From NCBI GenBank assembly GCA_019358915.1, contig JAHHIM010000017.1, positions 1 through 64,000 on the forward strand: 64,000 nucleotides of DNA, in the 5' to 3' direction. Below are positions 18,016-28,101 of the stretch, piece after piece (position 1 is the stretch's first letter; each line of letters starts with the position of its first letter). The DNA comes from Trichormus sp. ATA11-4-KO1. GTDB lineage: Bacteria; Cyanobacteriota; Cyanobacteriia; Cyanobacteriales; Nostocaceae. The notes beneath the pieces are model-generated. The model did not search any database. It saw only the letters and a program-made list of their open reading frames with translations, and had not been told where the DNA came from. Both the position numbers and the translations under genes were made by a program.

Positions 18016-20613
18016 TTAGTAATCTTCGTAGTCACTATCATCATTATTGTTCTTTTTCTTTTTTTTATTCGTAGATGTCTTTGAAGCAGAATCAGAAGAG
18101 CGTTTTCCTTTGTTGACAAGTTTTGTTGAACCTTTGGTCAAATGTGGAGAAAGGTTATCTGATATGAGATCGACATCAACCAGAAAATCTCCAACAAGTG
18201 AGGTAATGATCGATTTCAGTAGATCCTCGTCAATGCTATCAAATACTGTCGGTGCCACTGCTTGAATTGATAGAAGATGCTGCTTGAGCACGGCACTAAA
18301 TACATCTTCTACTTCTTCTCCAGGCAAATAGCCTGGTACAGGGTCACGCCGTGTCACGATCGCCTGAGTACTAATATCATCCCAGATATCTTGGGTATTC
18401 TCTGCATCATAGTCCATAAAAGTGTTATCAGGACTGTAAATTTGAGCCTCCTCTGTTAATTGGGTTGTCACGTCAGAGTATTTATTTATGGCTTTGTTGT
18501 CAAACAGACCCGCGATCGCTTCTTCAATTTGTTCACTGGAAAATCTATTACCGGATACCATCCCAGTTTCAATACTTTCTAGCGTGTTCATGCGACCGGA
18601 CTCGCCTTTGCCTTTGGACGTACTTTCAGCAGCCACCACTGAAAGAGCAAGGCTGTTACGGAAGTAAAGCAACGCACCAGCGTACTGTTGGATAGTAGTC
18701 AGTGTCGCGTTATTATCAGCGTTGGTCTTGGCGTTAGCGAGTTGTGTATCTGCTGCCTTAAAATGTGCAATGCGCTCCTCGGTCATTCGGTTAACGCGTT
18801 CAGATTTTGCACCGGGTAAGCTACGGAACGCACCCTCAACTGTGTCAAGCGCCGTTTTAGCGTCAGCTAGTGTCTTTCCTTTTAGGGCTTTCTCAATTGT
18901 GCGTGTCGAAACCACATAGGCAGTTGTGTGATCACCTTCCAAGCTACCGGCGGTTCCATGCTTGGGACGACCACTGGAATAAGCATTTTCTATTTTTCCA
19001 CTACCATCGACCTCAATTTGCACAGCGAACGGTACACCTGTGATTTGTTCTTTGGCTGCATTGGGAACTGTTCCTGTCCATTCATTACCCGCCACTGTAT
19101 TTAAATCTTTGTCTGATGGTGCTAACCGATTTATGATGTTTGGGAAAGCTCCACGAATAGATGCTCGGTGTTGAGTGAGCAGTGCATTTTTCAATTTTGT
19201 CTTATTATCGCTAGACATAAGACCTGGAAGGTTCTGCGGCGTTGCTTGATCATTACCAACTTCCTCTAATACCTTGCCTGAAAAGACTACACCAAAAGCA
19301 ATCAAAATGTCTTCTTTTTCAGTATCATTCGGCTTATTCGCATCATTCCATTTTTCTTCCCAGTACTGGAGTGTTTGCAAAGCTTTAGGTTCTCCACCAC
19401 TAACAGCACGACCAAGGTGCATCACCGAAAGCCCAATGGAGTTGCGGTACTTCAAGTAAGCCGCAATGTAGTTCTGTAATTTTGAATGTACTTGTGTAGC
19501 ATCTTTGTTGGTCACAGCAGTAGCAGCATCACCTTTGGCGTTATTAAGTTCCGTCAGGGCTGTATCGGCAAATTTTCCGCGCTCACCCGGATTAGAACCC
19601 ATAGCATTGATCCGAGATGTCTGCGCTCCTGGCATACTCTGGGCTTCAGTTACGAGTGTATCTACTTCTTTAACAGCAGTTTCTAGGGTTTTGCCTCTCA
19701 ACCGATTAAGTACTGTCAGGCGCATCACTGACCACGCTGTGGTATGGTCGCCCTCAGATTGTCCGCCTCCACTAGTAGGAAAGGACATATGCTTGGGTCG
19801 CCCAGCAATGTCAATATTGGTAATTTTTACAGTATTAATATCATTACCTGCGGTAGCCTCAACAGCGACGGCGAGTTTGCGCTGAATGACTTGTCGTCTA
19901 TCTTGGGTTGCTTGGACTGCAAGATGATTCTGCTGCACTACATGGGTTAACTCATGAGCTAATAATTCCTGTCCGTCCCGACTTCCAGGATCATACGCAC
20001 CCTGTCGAAAGAAAATATCCTGTCCTGTGGTAAACGCCTTTGCTTGAATTGACTGATTTAATTGGTCTGATTGAGCATCGCTGTGAATCTTCACTTTGCT
20101 AAAATCTGCCCCAAACGCCTGTTCCATCGGTTCCCGAATCGTGTCTGCGATTGGCTGGCCGCTACCTTGTGCTTGTTGGATTGATGCTTCTAAATCAGGT
20201 GTTGCCGCCATCATACCTTCACCAGGCTGATGCTGCGCGGCTTTCATCTGTAATTGGTCTTCCTGTGGTTGTTCCCGTTGCTGCACAGGCGGATTTTCAA
20301 TCCCATGAATTTTACTCACAACCTCGGTTGCTACTCTATCCGCCTCTTGCTCATACTGATCTCCAGGCTCACCAATGGTCAACTTCATCTGCACTCTTGG
20401 TGATGGTGATGGCGCATAACCTGAGGGGAATATAGGCATCTGGGCGAAATTGGCAACAGGCTGTTCTGTTTCCGGCTGAGTCTCTAAATCAGGCTTTTGG
20501 TCTTTTTCCTCAGCCGGCGGCTGCACTTTAAAGGGGTGCGGTGCAAACTGATTCTGCACTGGAACAGAATCGGAATTTGAGGCTATTTTTCGGTGGATAT
20601 ATTCGCGGCTCAT
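18016..20613 (-). CDS. DUF4157 (eCIS core domain) protein with duplicated uncharacterised C-terminal domain; candidate eCIS effector
   Basis: QMKLTIGEPGDQYEQEADRVA, FGADFSKVKIH, LLAHELTHVVQQ, IQR junction; ATG 20613 preceded by GGAG (ORF track starts 20655). Confidence 0.88.
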   Translation of the reverse strand: MSREYIHRKIASNSDSVPVQNQFAPHPFKVQPPAEEKDQKPDLETQPETEQPVANFAQMPIFPSGYAPSPSPRVQMKLTIGEPGDQYEQEADRVATEVVSKIHGIENPPVQQREQPQEDQLQMKAAQHQPGEGMMAATPDLEASIQQAQGSGQPIADTIREPMEQAFGADFSKVKIHSDAQSDQLNQSIQAKAFTTGQDIFFRQGAYDPGSRDGQELLAHELTHVVQQNHLAVQATQDRRQVIQRKLAVAVEATAGNDINTVKITNIDIAGRPKHMSFPTSGGGQSEGDHTTAWSVMRLTVLNRLRGKTLETAVKEVDTLVTEAQSMPGAQTSRINAMGSNPGERGKFADTALTELNNAKGDAATAVTNKDATQVHSKLQNYIAAYLKYRNSIGLSVMHLGRAVSGGEPKALQTLQYWEEKWNDANKPNDTEKEDILIAFGVVFSGKVLEEVGNDQATPQNLPGLMSSDNKTKLKNALLTQHRASIRGAFPNIINRLAPSDKDLNTVAGNEWTGTVPNAAKEQITGVPFAVQIEVDGSGKIENAYSSGRPKHGTAGSLEGDHTTAYVVSTRTIEKALKGKTLADAKTALDTVEGAFRSLPGAKSERVNRMTEERIAHFKAADTQLANAKTNADNNATLTTIQQYAGALLYFRNSLALSVVAAESTSKGKGESGRMNTLESIETGMVSGNRFSSEQIEEAIAGLFDNKAINKYSDVTTQLTEEAQIYSPDNTFMDYDAENTQDIWDDISTQAIVTRRDPVPGYLPGEEVEDVFSAVLKQHLLSIQAVAPTVFDSIDEDLLKSIITSLVGDFLVDVDLISDNLSPHLTKGSTKLVNKGKRSSDSASKTSTNKKKKKNNNDDSDYEDY

Positions 20614-20629
20614 TACCAACTCCAGTATC

Positions 20630-20785
20630 TTATTCTTGCTGCCTAATCTTGCCAATTTCCCCCACCCAGCGCCGACGATCAGGATGTTCTAAATTGATAA
20701 TTTCTTCTAAACTCCAGTGAAAATGAAATGCAATACAGGCTACCTCCTCACTCAATGCTTCTGAGGGGTAGCCTACGATTCCCCC
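20630..20785 (-). CDS. DUF6760-like / tail-chaperone extension ORF without ATG (probable -1 frameshift product)
   Basis: Hand translation GGIVGYPSEALSEEVACIAFHFHWSLEEIINLEHPDRRRWVGEIGKIRQQE*, overlapping the end of 20773..21147 in the -1 frame. Confidence 0.7.
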   Translation of the reverse strand, partial: GGIVGYPSEALSEEVACIAFHFHWSLEEIINLEHPDRRRWVGEIGKIRQQE

Positions 20786-21147
20786 GCTAAGGCAAGCTCC
20801 ACTTGAAAGTTAGTATTACATTGGGGACATTGCACCGGAATATAAGCATCACCATGCTGATTAATTCGGTTATAAAACTCTCTTAAATAAGCCAGATCCT
20901 TAGTGAAAAGATTCTCCAATAATTCAGGCTTTATCTCCGATAAATTACCCAATTTAGTAATAACTCGTGATAACATCACAATTACAGCATAAGCTGAATT
21001 ATCCTGAGCATCGCGGTTTTTTTGCAGATAAATTTCATCTTTAGCATTCGCCAGACGCATCACACCCTGACGATGTACATTACCCGCATCGTCTATCAAT
21101 CCTCTGGGTAAAATAAAGTCAAATTCTGTATGAATTTCATTAGTCAT
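20773..21147 (-). CDS. eCIS tail assembly chaperone-like protein
   Basis: TEFDFILPRG..GVMRLA..DE..LSRVITKLG..DLAYL; C-terminal CPQC. Confidence 0.8.
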   Translation of the reverse strand: MTNEIHTEFDFILPRGLIDDAGNVHRQGVMRLANAKDEIYLQKNRDAQDNSAYAVIVMLSRVITKLGNLSEIKPELLENLFTKDLAYLREFYNRINQHGDAYIPVQCPQCNTNFQVELALAGES

Positions 21148-21172
21148 TGGTTATTACCCTTGTCCGCATTCC

Positions 21173-21481
21173 CTACTCCCCGTTCCCTTGTTCTTCTAAT
21201 TCATTAATTTGCCGATAAAACTGCTGTAAATAACTTAAATCGCAAGCAAAAAAATTCTCTACTACAGTAGGTGTCACTTCTTCCAACGCGCCCAAACGAG
21301 TAATTACGCGAGATAAAATAATTACCGTCGCGTAAGCTGGATTTGATTTCACACGGGGGTCACGTAATGGGATAATTTCATCCATTGCTCTCGATAAACG
21401 CATCACACCTTTACGATGCAAATTGCCATCTGCATCAAGATATCCTTTAGGTAAAGTAAATTCAAACTCAGTTTGTAACAT
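21173..21481 (-). CDS. eCIS tail assembly chaperone-like protein (paralogue)
   Basis: TEFEFTLPKGY..GVMRLSRAMDE..LSRVITRLG; homologous to downstream gene. Confidence 0.8.
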   Translation of the reverse strand: MLQTEFEFTLPKGYLDADGNLHRKGVMRLSRAMDEIIPLRDPRVKSNPAYATVIILSRVITRLGALEEVTPTVVENFFACDLSYLQQFYRQINELEEQGNGE

Positions 21482-21532
21482 CCGGCGTTAAGCTAATCTG
21501 CCTCCAAGTTGCATAAGATAAAGAAATATTAC

Positions 21533-22024
21533 TTAGCTGACTGGAACCCGTTTTAATTCCTCCACTACTACTTCAATTTCCTCAATTTCATGGTCACTTC
21601 CAGCAGCTTGGACATCAGAAATTGTATAACTATTAGGCCAGGCATTTTTAAATTCTAATCTAAACTTCTCTTCGGCAGCTTGATTATAAATTACTAAAGA
21701 ACCATCTCGCCGTTGTTCGCCCCAATTTCCTTCCTGAACATTAGCAAGCCAGTTCCACATAGTCATAGAAATAGTTAAACCACGGCGTAAAACTAAGTTG
21801 GAATAAGTAACACTACCAGGAATTTTAATCCGGACAATTCTCCCACTAGCATTTCCCGCTTTACCCCAAGTCTGGGGTGTGACTTCAGAGATTTCTATCA
21901 CCTGTTGGGTAGTCTTAAAACCTTGACATTCCATAAAGTAACCGTCAACTGGTTCTTGGCTACCAGCAAGCTTTAATTCTAAATAAAATCGGCTATTAGT
22001 CAGGATTTCTGGAAAATCCGTCAT
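21533..22024 (-). CDS. T4 gp19-like tail tube protein
   Basis: FMECQG, LVLRRG, MWNW, RRDGSLVIYN, FKNAWP. Confidence 0.88.
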   Translation of the reverse strand: MTDFPEILTNSRFYLELKLAGSQEPVDGYFMECQGFKTTQQVIEISEVTPQTWGKAGNASGRIVRIKIPGSVTYSNLVLRRGLTISMTMWNWLANVQEGNWGEQRRDGSLVIYNQAAEEKFRLEFKNAWPNSYTISDVQAAGSDHEIEEIEVVVEELKRVPVS

Positions 22025-22043
22025 GATTAATTACCTCTAATTT

Positions 22044-22101
22044 GTTCGTAGTGAGGGCTTCAGCCCTCGAAAAAGAGAGGACTAAAGTCCTGACTACGAA
22101 C
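22044..22101. repeat. Palindromic intergenic repeat (GTTCGTAGTGAGGGCTTCAGCCCT...AGGACTAAAGTCCTGACTACGAAC)
   Basis: Inverted ends visible; half copy at ~4518-4542. Confidence 0.7.
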
Positions 22102-22107
22102 TTTTAT

Positions 22108-22572
22108 TTACTTCTTGCGTTCAAAATAAGTGAAGCCAACCGTGACTGTTTCTGTTAGTAATTCACCAGAACCGGCTGAAAAATCACTTGTTGCGTAACT
22201 AGTGGGAAAGACATCTGTGAATTCGTACTGCACTTTTTCTTCTTCACCATCATAAATAGAGATTTTTCCTAATTTACGATTTTTACGTCCCTCAGCTTTA
22301 CCCCCTGAAAGAGCTTCGGCATGGCATTTGTTATACCACTCCAGCAATTGTTTAGATTCAGCAGTAGCTACACATTCGATGGTAATTTCAGAACATTCTA
22401 CGCCACCAATTGTAGCTTGTGTTTGAGTTTTACCATCTTTGGTAACACCAATAGGTGCATCCCCACCTGCAACTGTCATTTTCATTTGCATCCCACTAAT
22501 TTTTTGAATCAAAATCTCAGTAAGTCCATCTGCTTCCCAATAAAACTTGGCGTTAGAAATAAACTCTGGCAT
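22108..22572 (-). CDS. gp19-like tail tube protein (divergent)
   Basis: LLEWY..C, GKISIYD, YEFTDVFPTSY, ETVTV; position after sheath. Confidence 0.8.
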   Translation of the reverse strand: MPEFISNAKFYWEADGLTEILIQKISGMQMKMTVAGGDAPIGVTKDGKTQTQATIGGVECSEITIECVATAESKQLLEWYNKCHAEALSGGKAEGRKNRKLGKISIYDGEEEKVQYEFTDVFPTSYATSDFSAGSGELLTETVTVGFTYFERKK

Positions 22573-22637
22573 AAATTAAATCTCCCAAAATAGTTTCAGA
22601 ATGATTTGTATGAATTAGCTAGATTTCATAGTTAAAT

Positions 22638-23126
22638 TCATGTTTTTCTGTTCATGTTTTCGCAGGTTAATGTATAAGTTTCTTCGATATAGTCGTTACC
22701 ATTTACATCTAAATCACCAATTTTATATTCAGAAGGCCAAGCTTCTTTTAACTCCCAACGCATTACCTCTTTGCCATCAGTATCATAGGCAGTAATAGAA
22801 CCTGTTTTTTTGCTTTCTGCCCATTTCCCTTCGCCTTTTTCAGTTTTTGGCATACACTTTTTAAACCATTCATACATTTTCTTGCTAGTGCTGTCACTAT
22901 CACCACTCATGAGGGTTGTTACTTCAATTGTGAATAGTCCTTCAAAACCAGCCGAGTTAATTTGTCGGATAGTAGTACCACCTTTCGTAGACATTAAAGG
23001 TTTATCTTGACCCTTGACTTTTGCTTCAAATTTGACACGACCAACTTTGCTAAAAGCCATGTCGGTCATACCATCTATTTCAAAGTAAAAATTACTAGCA
23101 GCAATTGGTTTAAGTTCGCTGGGCAT
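22638..23126 (-). CDS. gp19-like tail tube protein
   Basis: FYFEIDG, MYEWF, KTGSITAYD, WELKEAWPSEY; ORF track starts 23153. Confidence 0.85.
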   Translation of the reverse strand: MPSELKPIAASNFYFEIDGMTDMAFSKVGRVKFEAKVKGQDKPLMSTKGGTTIRQINSAGFEGLFTIEVTTLMSGDSDSTSKKMYEWFKKCMPKTEKGEGKWAESKKTGSITAYDTDGKEVMRWELKEAWPSEYKIGDLDVNGNDYIEETYTLTCENMNRKT

Positions 23127-23264
23127 CTTTGCAATTCCTTCAATTAATAACAAGATGAGTTTGTGTATGTTTTTAGGATGTAATTACACACTAAAAAACT
23201 GGATTTATAAATATAAAAAGGCAAAAGGTAAAAGAGCAATCTTCACCTTTCGCATTTTCCCTAT

Positions 23265-24941
23265 TTACTGATTAGGAGACCATTGACTAAAGCGGAAGAT
23301 GACAAATTCCGCAGGACGAACTGGACAAACACCAACTTCGATATATAGACGACCCAACATCATGGTTTCATGGGTGTTGATGCTAGCATCACACTTCACA
23401 TAAAAGGCTTCCGCCGCCGAAGCACCGAATAAAGCACCTTCTCGCCACAGTCGTTCTAAGAAGTTACTCACAGTCCGGGTGACACGTGCCCACAAATCTT
23501 GATCGTTAGGCTCAAATACTACCCATTGAGTACCTAATTCTACGGATTTCTCAATGTAGCTCATCAAGCGGCGGACGCTAATATAACGCCATTGCACATT
23601 ATCTGGTTCTACCAAAGTACGCGCGCCCCAAATGCGAATACCTCGATTGGGGAAGGTGCGGATACAATTTATACCCAAAGGGTTGAGTAGTTCTTGTTCG
23701 CGCAAATTGGTTTCGTAAGCCAAACCAATCACACCTCTGGGGGTATCGTTAGCAGGTGCTTTATAGACTCCTCTGGTTTCATCGGTGCGACACCAAACAC
23801 CCAACATATGACCAGCCGGGGGAATTAAAATTGGTCTACCACCGTTGCGGGGGTTGGGCACTTTGATCCAAGGATAGTAGAGGGCGGCAAATTGCGATCG
23901 CCTGTTAAATGCACTCAACCACTGGGCGATATGCTGGGGTTTGACTTGGGTAGCTGGAACTGGCGCACCACCACCTTTACAAGGGGGCGGGTCTAACACT
24001 ACCATCCGGTTAGGGGCAGTATTCTCGCACAAACTCACCATTGTTTCCATGATCCCGTGAACTTGGTCGAGATCCAAGATGCCATCTTGATATACCCGCA
24101 TCAAGTCGGGGAAAGCAATCATGGTAACTTCGTCGATTTCAAAGATACCTTGCATCCCGGTGCGATCGTCTCGTACCCCTTGCACATCTCTAGGGAAGCG
24201 TTCGGGAGTAGAAACCACTGGTGGAGGGCTAACTTCATACATCCCATTGGCTGGACGACGGGAAAGTGGTTGTCCTGGTGTTTCCAAGTCAACTGCATCC
24301 ACAAATGTAGACTCTTGGATAGCTGTCACCGCATAGGTACCAGCCTCTGCTGCGACTTGGGGATTCATCGATAGGTGGTCGTACTCTTCCAGAATTTCTC
24401 CATCCCGGCTAATCACGACTTTGAAGAATTCACCTGTGTTTAGGGGTGGTTCGGCTTCGGGGTTTTCTGGTGGACGAGGTTCGCTTTCTAGAATTGAAAC
24501 ATTAATTCTTCCCTCTTCCCCAGTTTGATTATCTTCTCCATCTGCAACAGGTTTGAGAGCCAACTGCAAAGAAGGACGATTTCCCGTAGTGCGAATTTTT
24601 AAGGCAGTTTCTTCTGGGGGAGGAGGAGGTGTTCCTGGACGTTTAGTGCCAATGCTAGCTACCCAACAGCGTCCACCGCCATTGAGAAACCAACCGTTGA
24701 CGGCAAAGGGTAAATAAGCATCAAAATCTGTGTAACCATCGGAACCTTGTTTCGCAAAGTATTCCAGGTACTCATTCCACGATGTTACCAACATCGGTTT
24801 AAATAATGCAGCATCACCTCGTACATCTTCGGTAAAGCCGATAAATCCAGCGATATTTGTACTCACACCCTCAATTGGGCGACTACCTCGATCTACTTCT
24901 TCGACGTAGACACCAGGCGCAAAGTAATCTAATCTAGGCAT
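23265..24941 (-). CDS. Contractile tail sheath protein (eCIS)
   Basis: PGVYVEEV, YYPWIKV, GVYKAPAN, LNPLGINCIR, WGARTL, YISVRR, VFEPND, PVRPAEFVIFR. Confidence 0.95.
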   Translation of the reverse strand: MPRLDYFAPGVYVEEVDRGSRPIEGVSTNIAGFIGFTEDVRGDAALFKPMLVTSWNEYLEYFAKQGSDGYTDFDAYLPFAVNGWFLNGGGRCWVASIGTKRPGTPPPPPEETALKIRTTGNRPSLQLALKPVADGEDNQTGEEGRINVSILESEPRPPENPEAEPPLNTGEFFKVVISRDGEILEEYDHLSMNPQVAAEAGTYAVTAIQESTFVDAVDLETPGQPLSRRPANGMYEVSPPPVVSTPERFPRDVQGVRDDRTGMQGIFEIDEVTMIAFPDLMRVYQDGILDLDQVHGIMETMVSLCENTAPNRMVVLDPPPCKGGGAPVPATQVKPQHIAQWLSAFNRRSQFAALYYPWIKVPNPRNGGRPILIPPAGHMLGVWCRTDETRGVYKAPANDTPRGVIGLAYETNLREQELLNPLGINCIRTFPNRGIRIWGARTLVEPDNVQWRYISVRRLMSYIEKSVELGTQWVVFEPNDQDLWARVTRTVSNFLERLWREGALFGASAAEAFYVKCDASINTHETMMLGRLYIEVGVCPVRPAEFVIFRFSQWSPNQ

Positions 24942-25005
24942 AATGCTTGGTTTTCCTGTATTTGCTGAATAACAGTCCCTAGCCCTCTAAACCTCAACCA
25001 ATGGC

Positions 25006-25539
25006 TTAGTTGATTTTGAGCAAAACTTCTTCATTGGTCTTGTTAAAAGTAGTGCTTTGCAGGTTTAGGGGAATTGTCAAAGTTACATACAAAGCTGGAC
25101 GTAATGGCACACCCAGGGCACTCCACAAAGCAGCAGCATCAATAGGATGAACCGCAGAAACGGTCATCGACAATTCGCCATGACCGCGCAGTGCTGGAGC
25201 CAGCACCTCCTCTCGTAGCGAGTGGTGATGCAATAGTAGTATCAATGCCTCTGACAGCAGACGTTGTTCACCCAAACTGGTGAAGTCCCAGGCGCTGACC
25301 AAGAATGACACATCAAACCACTTGGGTGATGCTAGCCTCGGTTTCCCCTGCTTAATTGATTGCCGACAGCCGGATTGCTGTATATAAACATTTTCCCGGA
25401 TGTTGTAACAGTACAAGTTCAGTCTGGGATTTACATTCTGCCCCACACCAGGGTGGTCGAAATCGATTTGCTCTGTACTGAGCAGGGAAATCCCGCTAAC
25501 TAAAATTTCTGCTAAAGTCTGGGTAGCAGCTGGGATCAT
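25006..25539 (-). CDS. DUF4255 / Pvc16-like protein
   Basis: LNLYCYNIREN, FLVSAW, EQRLL, LWSALGVPLRPALY. Confidence 0.85.
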   Translation of the reverse strand: MIPAATQTLAEILVSGISLLSTEQIDFDHPGVGQNVNPRLNLYCYNIRENVYIQQSGCRQSIKQGKPRLASPKWFDVSFLVSAWDFTSLGEQRLLSEALILLLHHHSLREEVLAPALRGHGELSMTVSAVHPIDAAALWSALGVPLRPALYVTLTIPLNLQSTTFNKTNEEVLLKIN

Positions 25540-26081
25540 AAGACACAACAGCAGGGTTCCTTAAATACTCCCTTCATCAGTTGGAAAAGTATATTTATTA
25601 CCACCAAACTGAATATACGGAGGTTTGGGCGTCCTACCAGAGTTCCTGATGCAGGTAGCAAGGAATATAGCCGTAGTCACATAAGTGAGGACAGTATTGA
25701 TGCCAGAGAACAATGAAGCAACTGGGTTGATACTCAGCACTCAGCACTTTGCCATAACTACTGTGCTACCTACTTCTATGGGAAGGCGGAAGGTATACAT
25801 TACAGCACGAAATAAACCTTTGAATGAGGCTTTTAAGTTGGATTTGCCACTTTTGGGCTAGCTATTCATAAGCTTAGAGATCCAGCCAGCTAGTGGTTAT
25901 TAGACTTTGGTCGATATTCTAAAATAATTGTTGCAATTGGGGAAATTGTGAACCTGTGGATGTAAGCTAATTTTGTCCTTATTTATACAGTAAGAAGCAG
26001 CATCTTCGCAGGTAAACAATACTTAAAAGCTTGTAGCATCTGCAACGCTTCTGACTGTGCGAGTATGCCGGAGAGTAGAAG

Positions 26082-27248
26082 ATGAAGGTTGTTACTCAAA
26101 ATTTGACTGCTCAAGAAACCTTACCTTCGTCCACGAACAATTCACCAACTCAGTTGTCGCCAGCTGATATTAGTGGAATTTGCCAACTCATTGTGCAACA
26201 GTTAGCAGGTTTAATGCCGACTGTGGCTGTCTGGACGGTATATCAAAACCTAGATACCAGAAAGCGGCAATTAATATCAGAACATATACAAGAGCAAATG
26301 CCTGGCAAACATGGCATAACATCTGGGCAATCACATCTTGATGTTGCATCTCTGCAAGCAGAAAACTGGTTAATTGAAGATTTACCTATTCTTAAAATTA
26401 CTCAATTAAGCATACCAGAAAAATATTATGCTTATGTTTGCTGTGTGGGTGAGCAGAATTCTCTAGCGGCCGAATATGTATTTATTTGCACTTATGAGCC
26501 GCTTTCACCTATTCATCAACAAATGCTGCTGAATAATGCTCAGATCCTGAGTGAATATCTAGCTATGTATAAAGAGCGATCGCGCCATCTAGCAGAAATT
26601 GCTACTTTATCTCAAACACTAGGACGCGCAGAACATCAACTACGCAATCCCTTAGCATTAATTAATCTATATGCAGAAACTCTCCGCTTGGCTTTGCCAG
26701 ATGGCTGTTTGCAAGAACAAGCAATACTAATTCGCCAGACAGTAGATGAACTCAGTGCCAAATTAACCGATTTACTTTATCGCGGGCAACAGGCTATATC
26801 TCAGATTAAGCAGCACAATTTACAAACAATTATTGCAGAAAGTATTAAAGCTTTACAACCTTGGTTGCAGCAAAAACACATGCAAATTCACTATCCCGAT
26901 AAACCTGTAAATGTCACAGTTGATAGCTGGCAAATGAAACAAGTGTTTGATAATTTATTAACAAATGCTGTGTATTTTAGCCCAGAAGGTGGGACAGTGA
27001 TTTGTAATTGGCATATATATCATCATGAAGTGTTAGTGGAGATTTGCGATCGCGGTTCCGGAATTTCCGAATCCGACTTGAAGCTAATATTCACGCCATA
27101 TTATTCTCGACGTTTAGGGGGTACCGGCCTAGGATTAGCGATCGCTCAAAAAATCATTCTCGACCATCAAGGTAATTTGTGGGCAGAAAATATCCCTGAA
27201 GGTGGCGCTCAATTCTCCTTTACCCTACCCATAAACAGGCAAAGGTAA
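26082..27248 (+). CDS. Sensor histidine kinase (no TM segment seen)
   Basis: H-box HQLRNPL, QVFDNLLTNA, DRGSGI, GTGLGL. Confidence 0.92.
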   Translation: MKVVTQNLTAQETLPSSTNNSPTQLSPADISGICQLIVQQLAGLMPTVAVWTVYQNLDTRKRQLISEHIQEQMPGKHGITSGQSHLDVASLQAENWLIEDLPILKITQLSIPEKYYAYVCCVGEQNSLAAEYVFICTYEPLSPIHQQMLLNNAQILSEYLAMYKERSRHLAEIATLSQTLGRAEHQLRNPLALINLYAETLRLALPDGCLQEQAILIRQTVDELSAKLTDLLYRGQQAISQIKQHNLQTIIAESIKALQPWLQQKHMQIHYPDKPVNVTVDSWQMKQVFDNLLTNAVYFSPEGGTVICNWHIYHHEVLVEICDRGSGISESDLKLIFTPYYSRRLGGTGLGLAIAQKIILDHQGNLWAENIPEGGAQFSFTLPINRQR

Positions 27249-27315
27249 AACTACTGAGTACTCTTCTGACTCAGCACTCAGGAAGCAAGCACTTTTATAT
27301 ACCAGGGAGACTACC

Positions 27316-27999
27316 ATGAACGCCAAAAAAGAACCAATTTCCATTTTGCTTGTAGATGATGAACCGCACTTTCGCCAAGGCATCCGCACCTTATTAAACT
27401 TTTATAACAATAGCAGTAGTGTCGGCTTAGACGTTGTAGGTGAAGCAGCTTCGGTTGAGCAAGCCCTGAAGTTAACCACTGAACAACACCCTGCTTTAAT
27501 TTTACTGGATTTAGAATTGCCTCCAGAAGATGGAATTACAGCATTACTGCGTCTGGGAGAATTATCCTATAACGGCAAAGTGCTAATTTTATCAGCACAT
27601 CAACAAGACGATTGGGTATTTCGGGCTATGCAAGCTGGCGCTTGGGGTTACGTATTTAAAGACCAATTAGCCACCCAATTATGCGAAGCTATTACCACTG
27701 TAATTAATAACAAAGTTTATTTACCAGCAGAAGTAGCCACGGCCTTTTTTCGGTTATTTCACTACTACACAGGACATTCCCTGGCGGCGGCTGGTACAAG
27801 CATTCACTTAACCGAACGAGAGCGAGAAGTATTAAACTGGTTAGTCCAAGGAGCTTCTAACGAACAAATTGCCGGACATTTATTTATTACCGTCGCCACC
27901 GTCAAAGCTCACTTAACAGCCATCTTTGAAAAATTAAGTGTCACCAGTCGCACTCAGGCGATTGTCAAAGCCTTAAAGTTAGGTTTAGTTTGTCCTTAG
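27316..27999 (+). CDS. NarL/LuxR-family response regulator
   Basis: Receiver (LVDD, LLDLELP) plus LTEREREVL...TVKAHL HTH. Confidence 0.93.
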   Translation: MNAKKEPISILLVDDEPHFRQGIRTLLNFYNNSSSVGLDVVGEAASVEQALKLTTEQHPALILLDLELPPEDGITALLRLGELSYNGKVLILSAHQQDDWVFRAMQAGAWGYVFKDQLATQLCEAITTVINNKVYLPAEVATAFFRLFHYYTGHSLAAAGTSIHLTEREREVLNWLVQGASNEQIAGHLFITVATVKAHLTAIFEKLSVTSRTQAIVKALKLGLVCP

Positions 28000-28069
28000 T
28001 AAGTGCTGAGTGCTGAGTGCGCTTGCCCTGAGCGAAGCCGAAGGGGAGTGCTGAGTGGGAGACAAAAGG

Positions 28070-28101
28070 AATGACTAATGACTAATGACTAATGACTAAT
28101 G
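28070..28101. repeat. AATGACT heptamer tandem repeat (STRR type)
   Basis: Four tandem units running into the next start codon. Confidence 0.85.
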
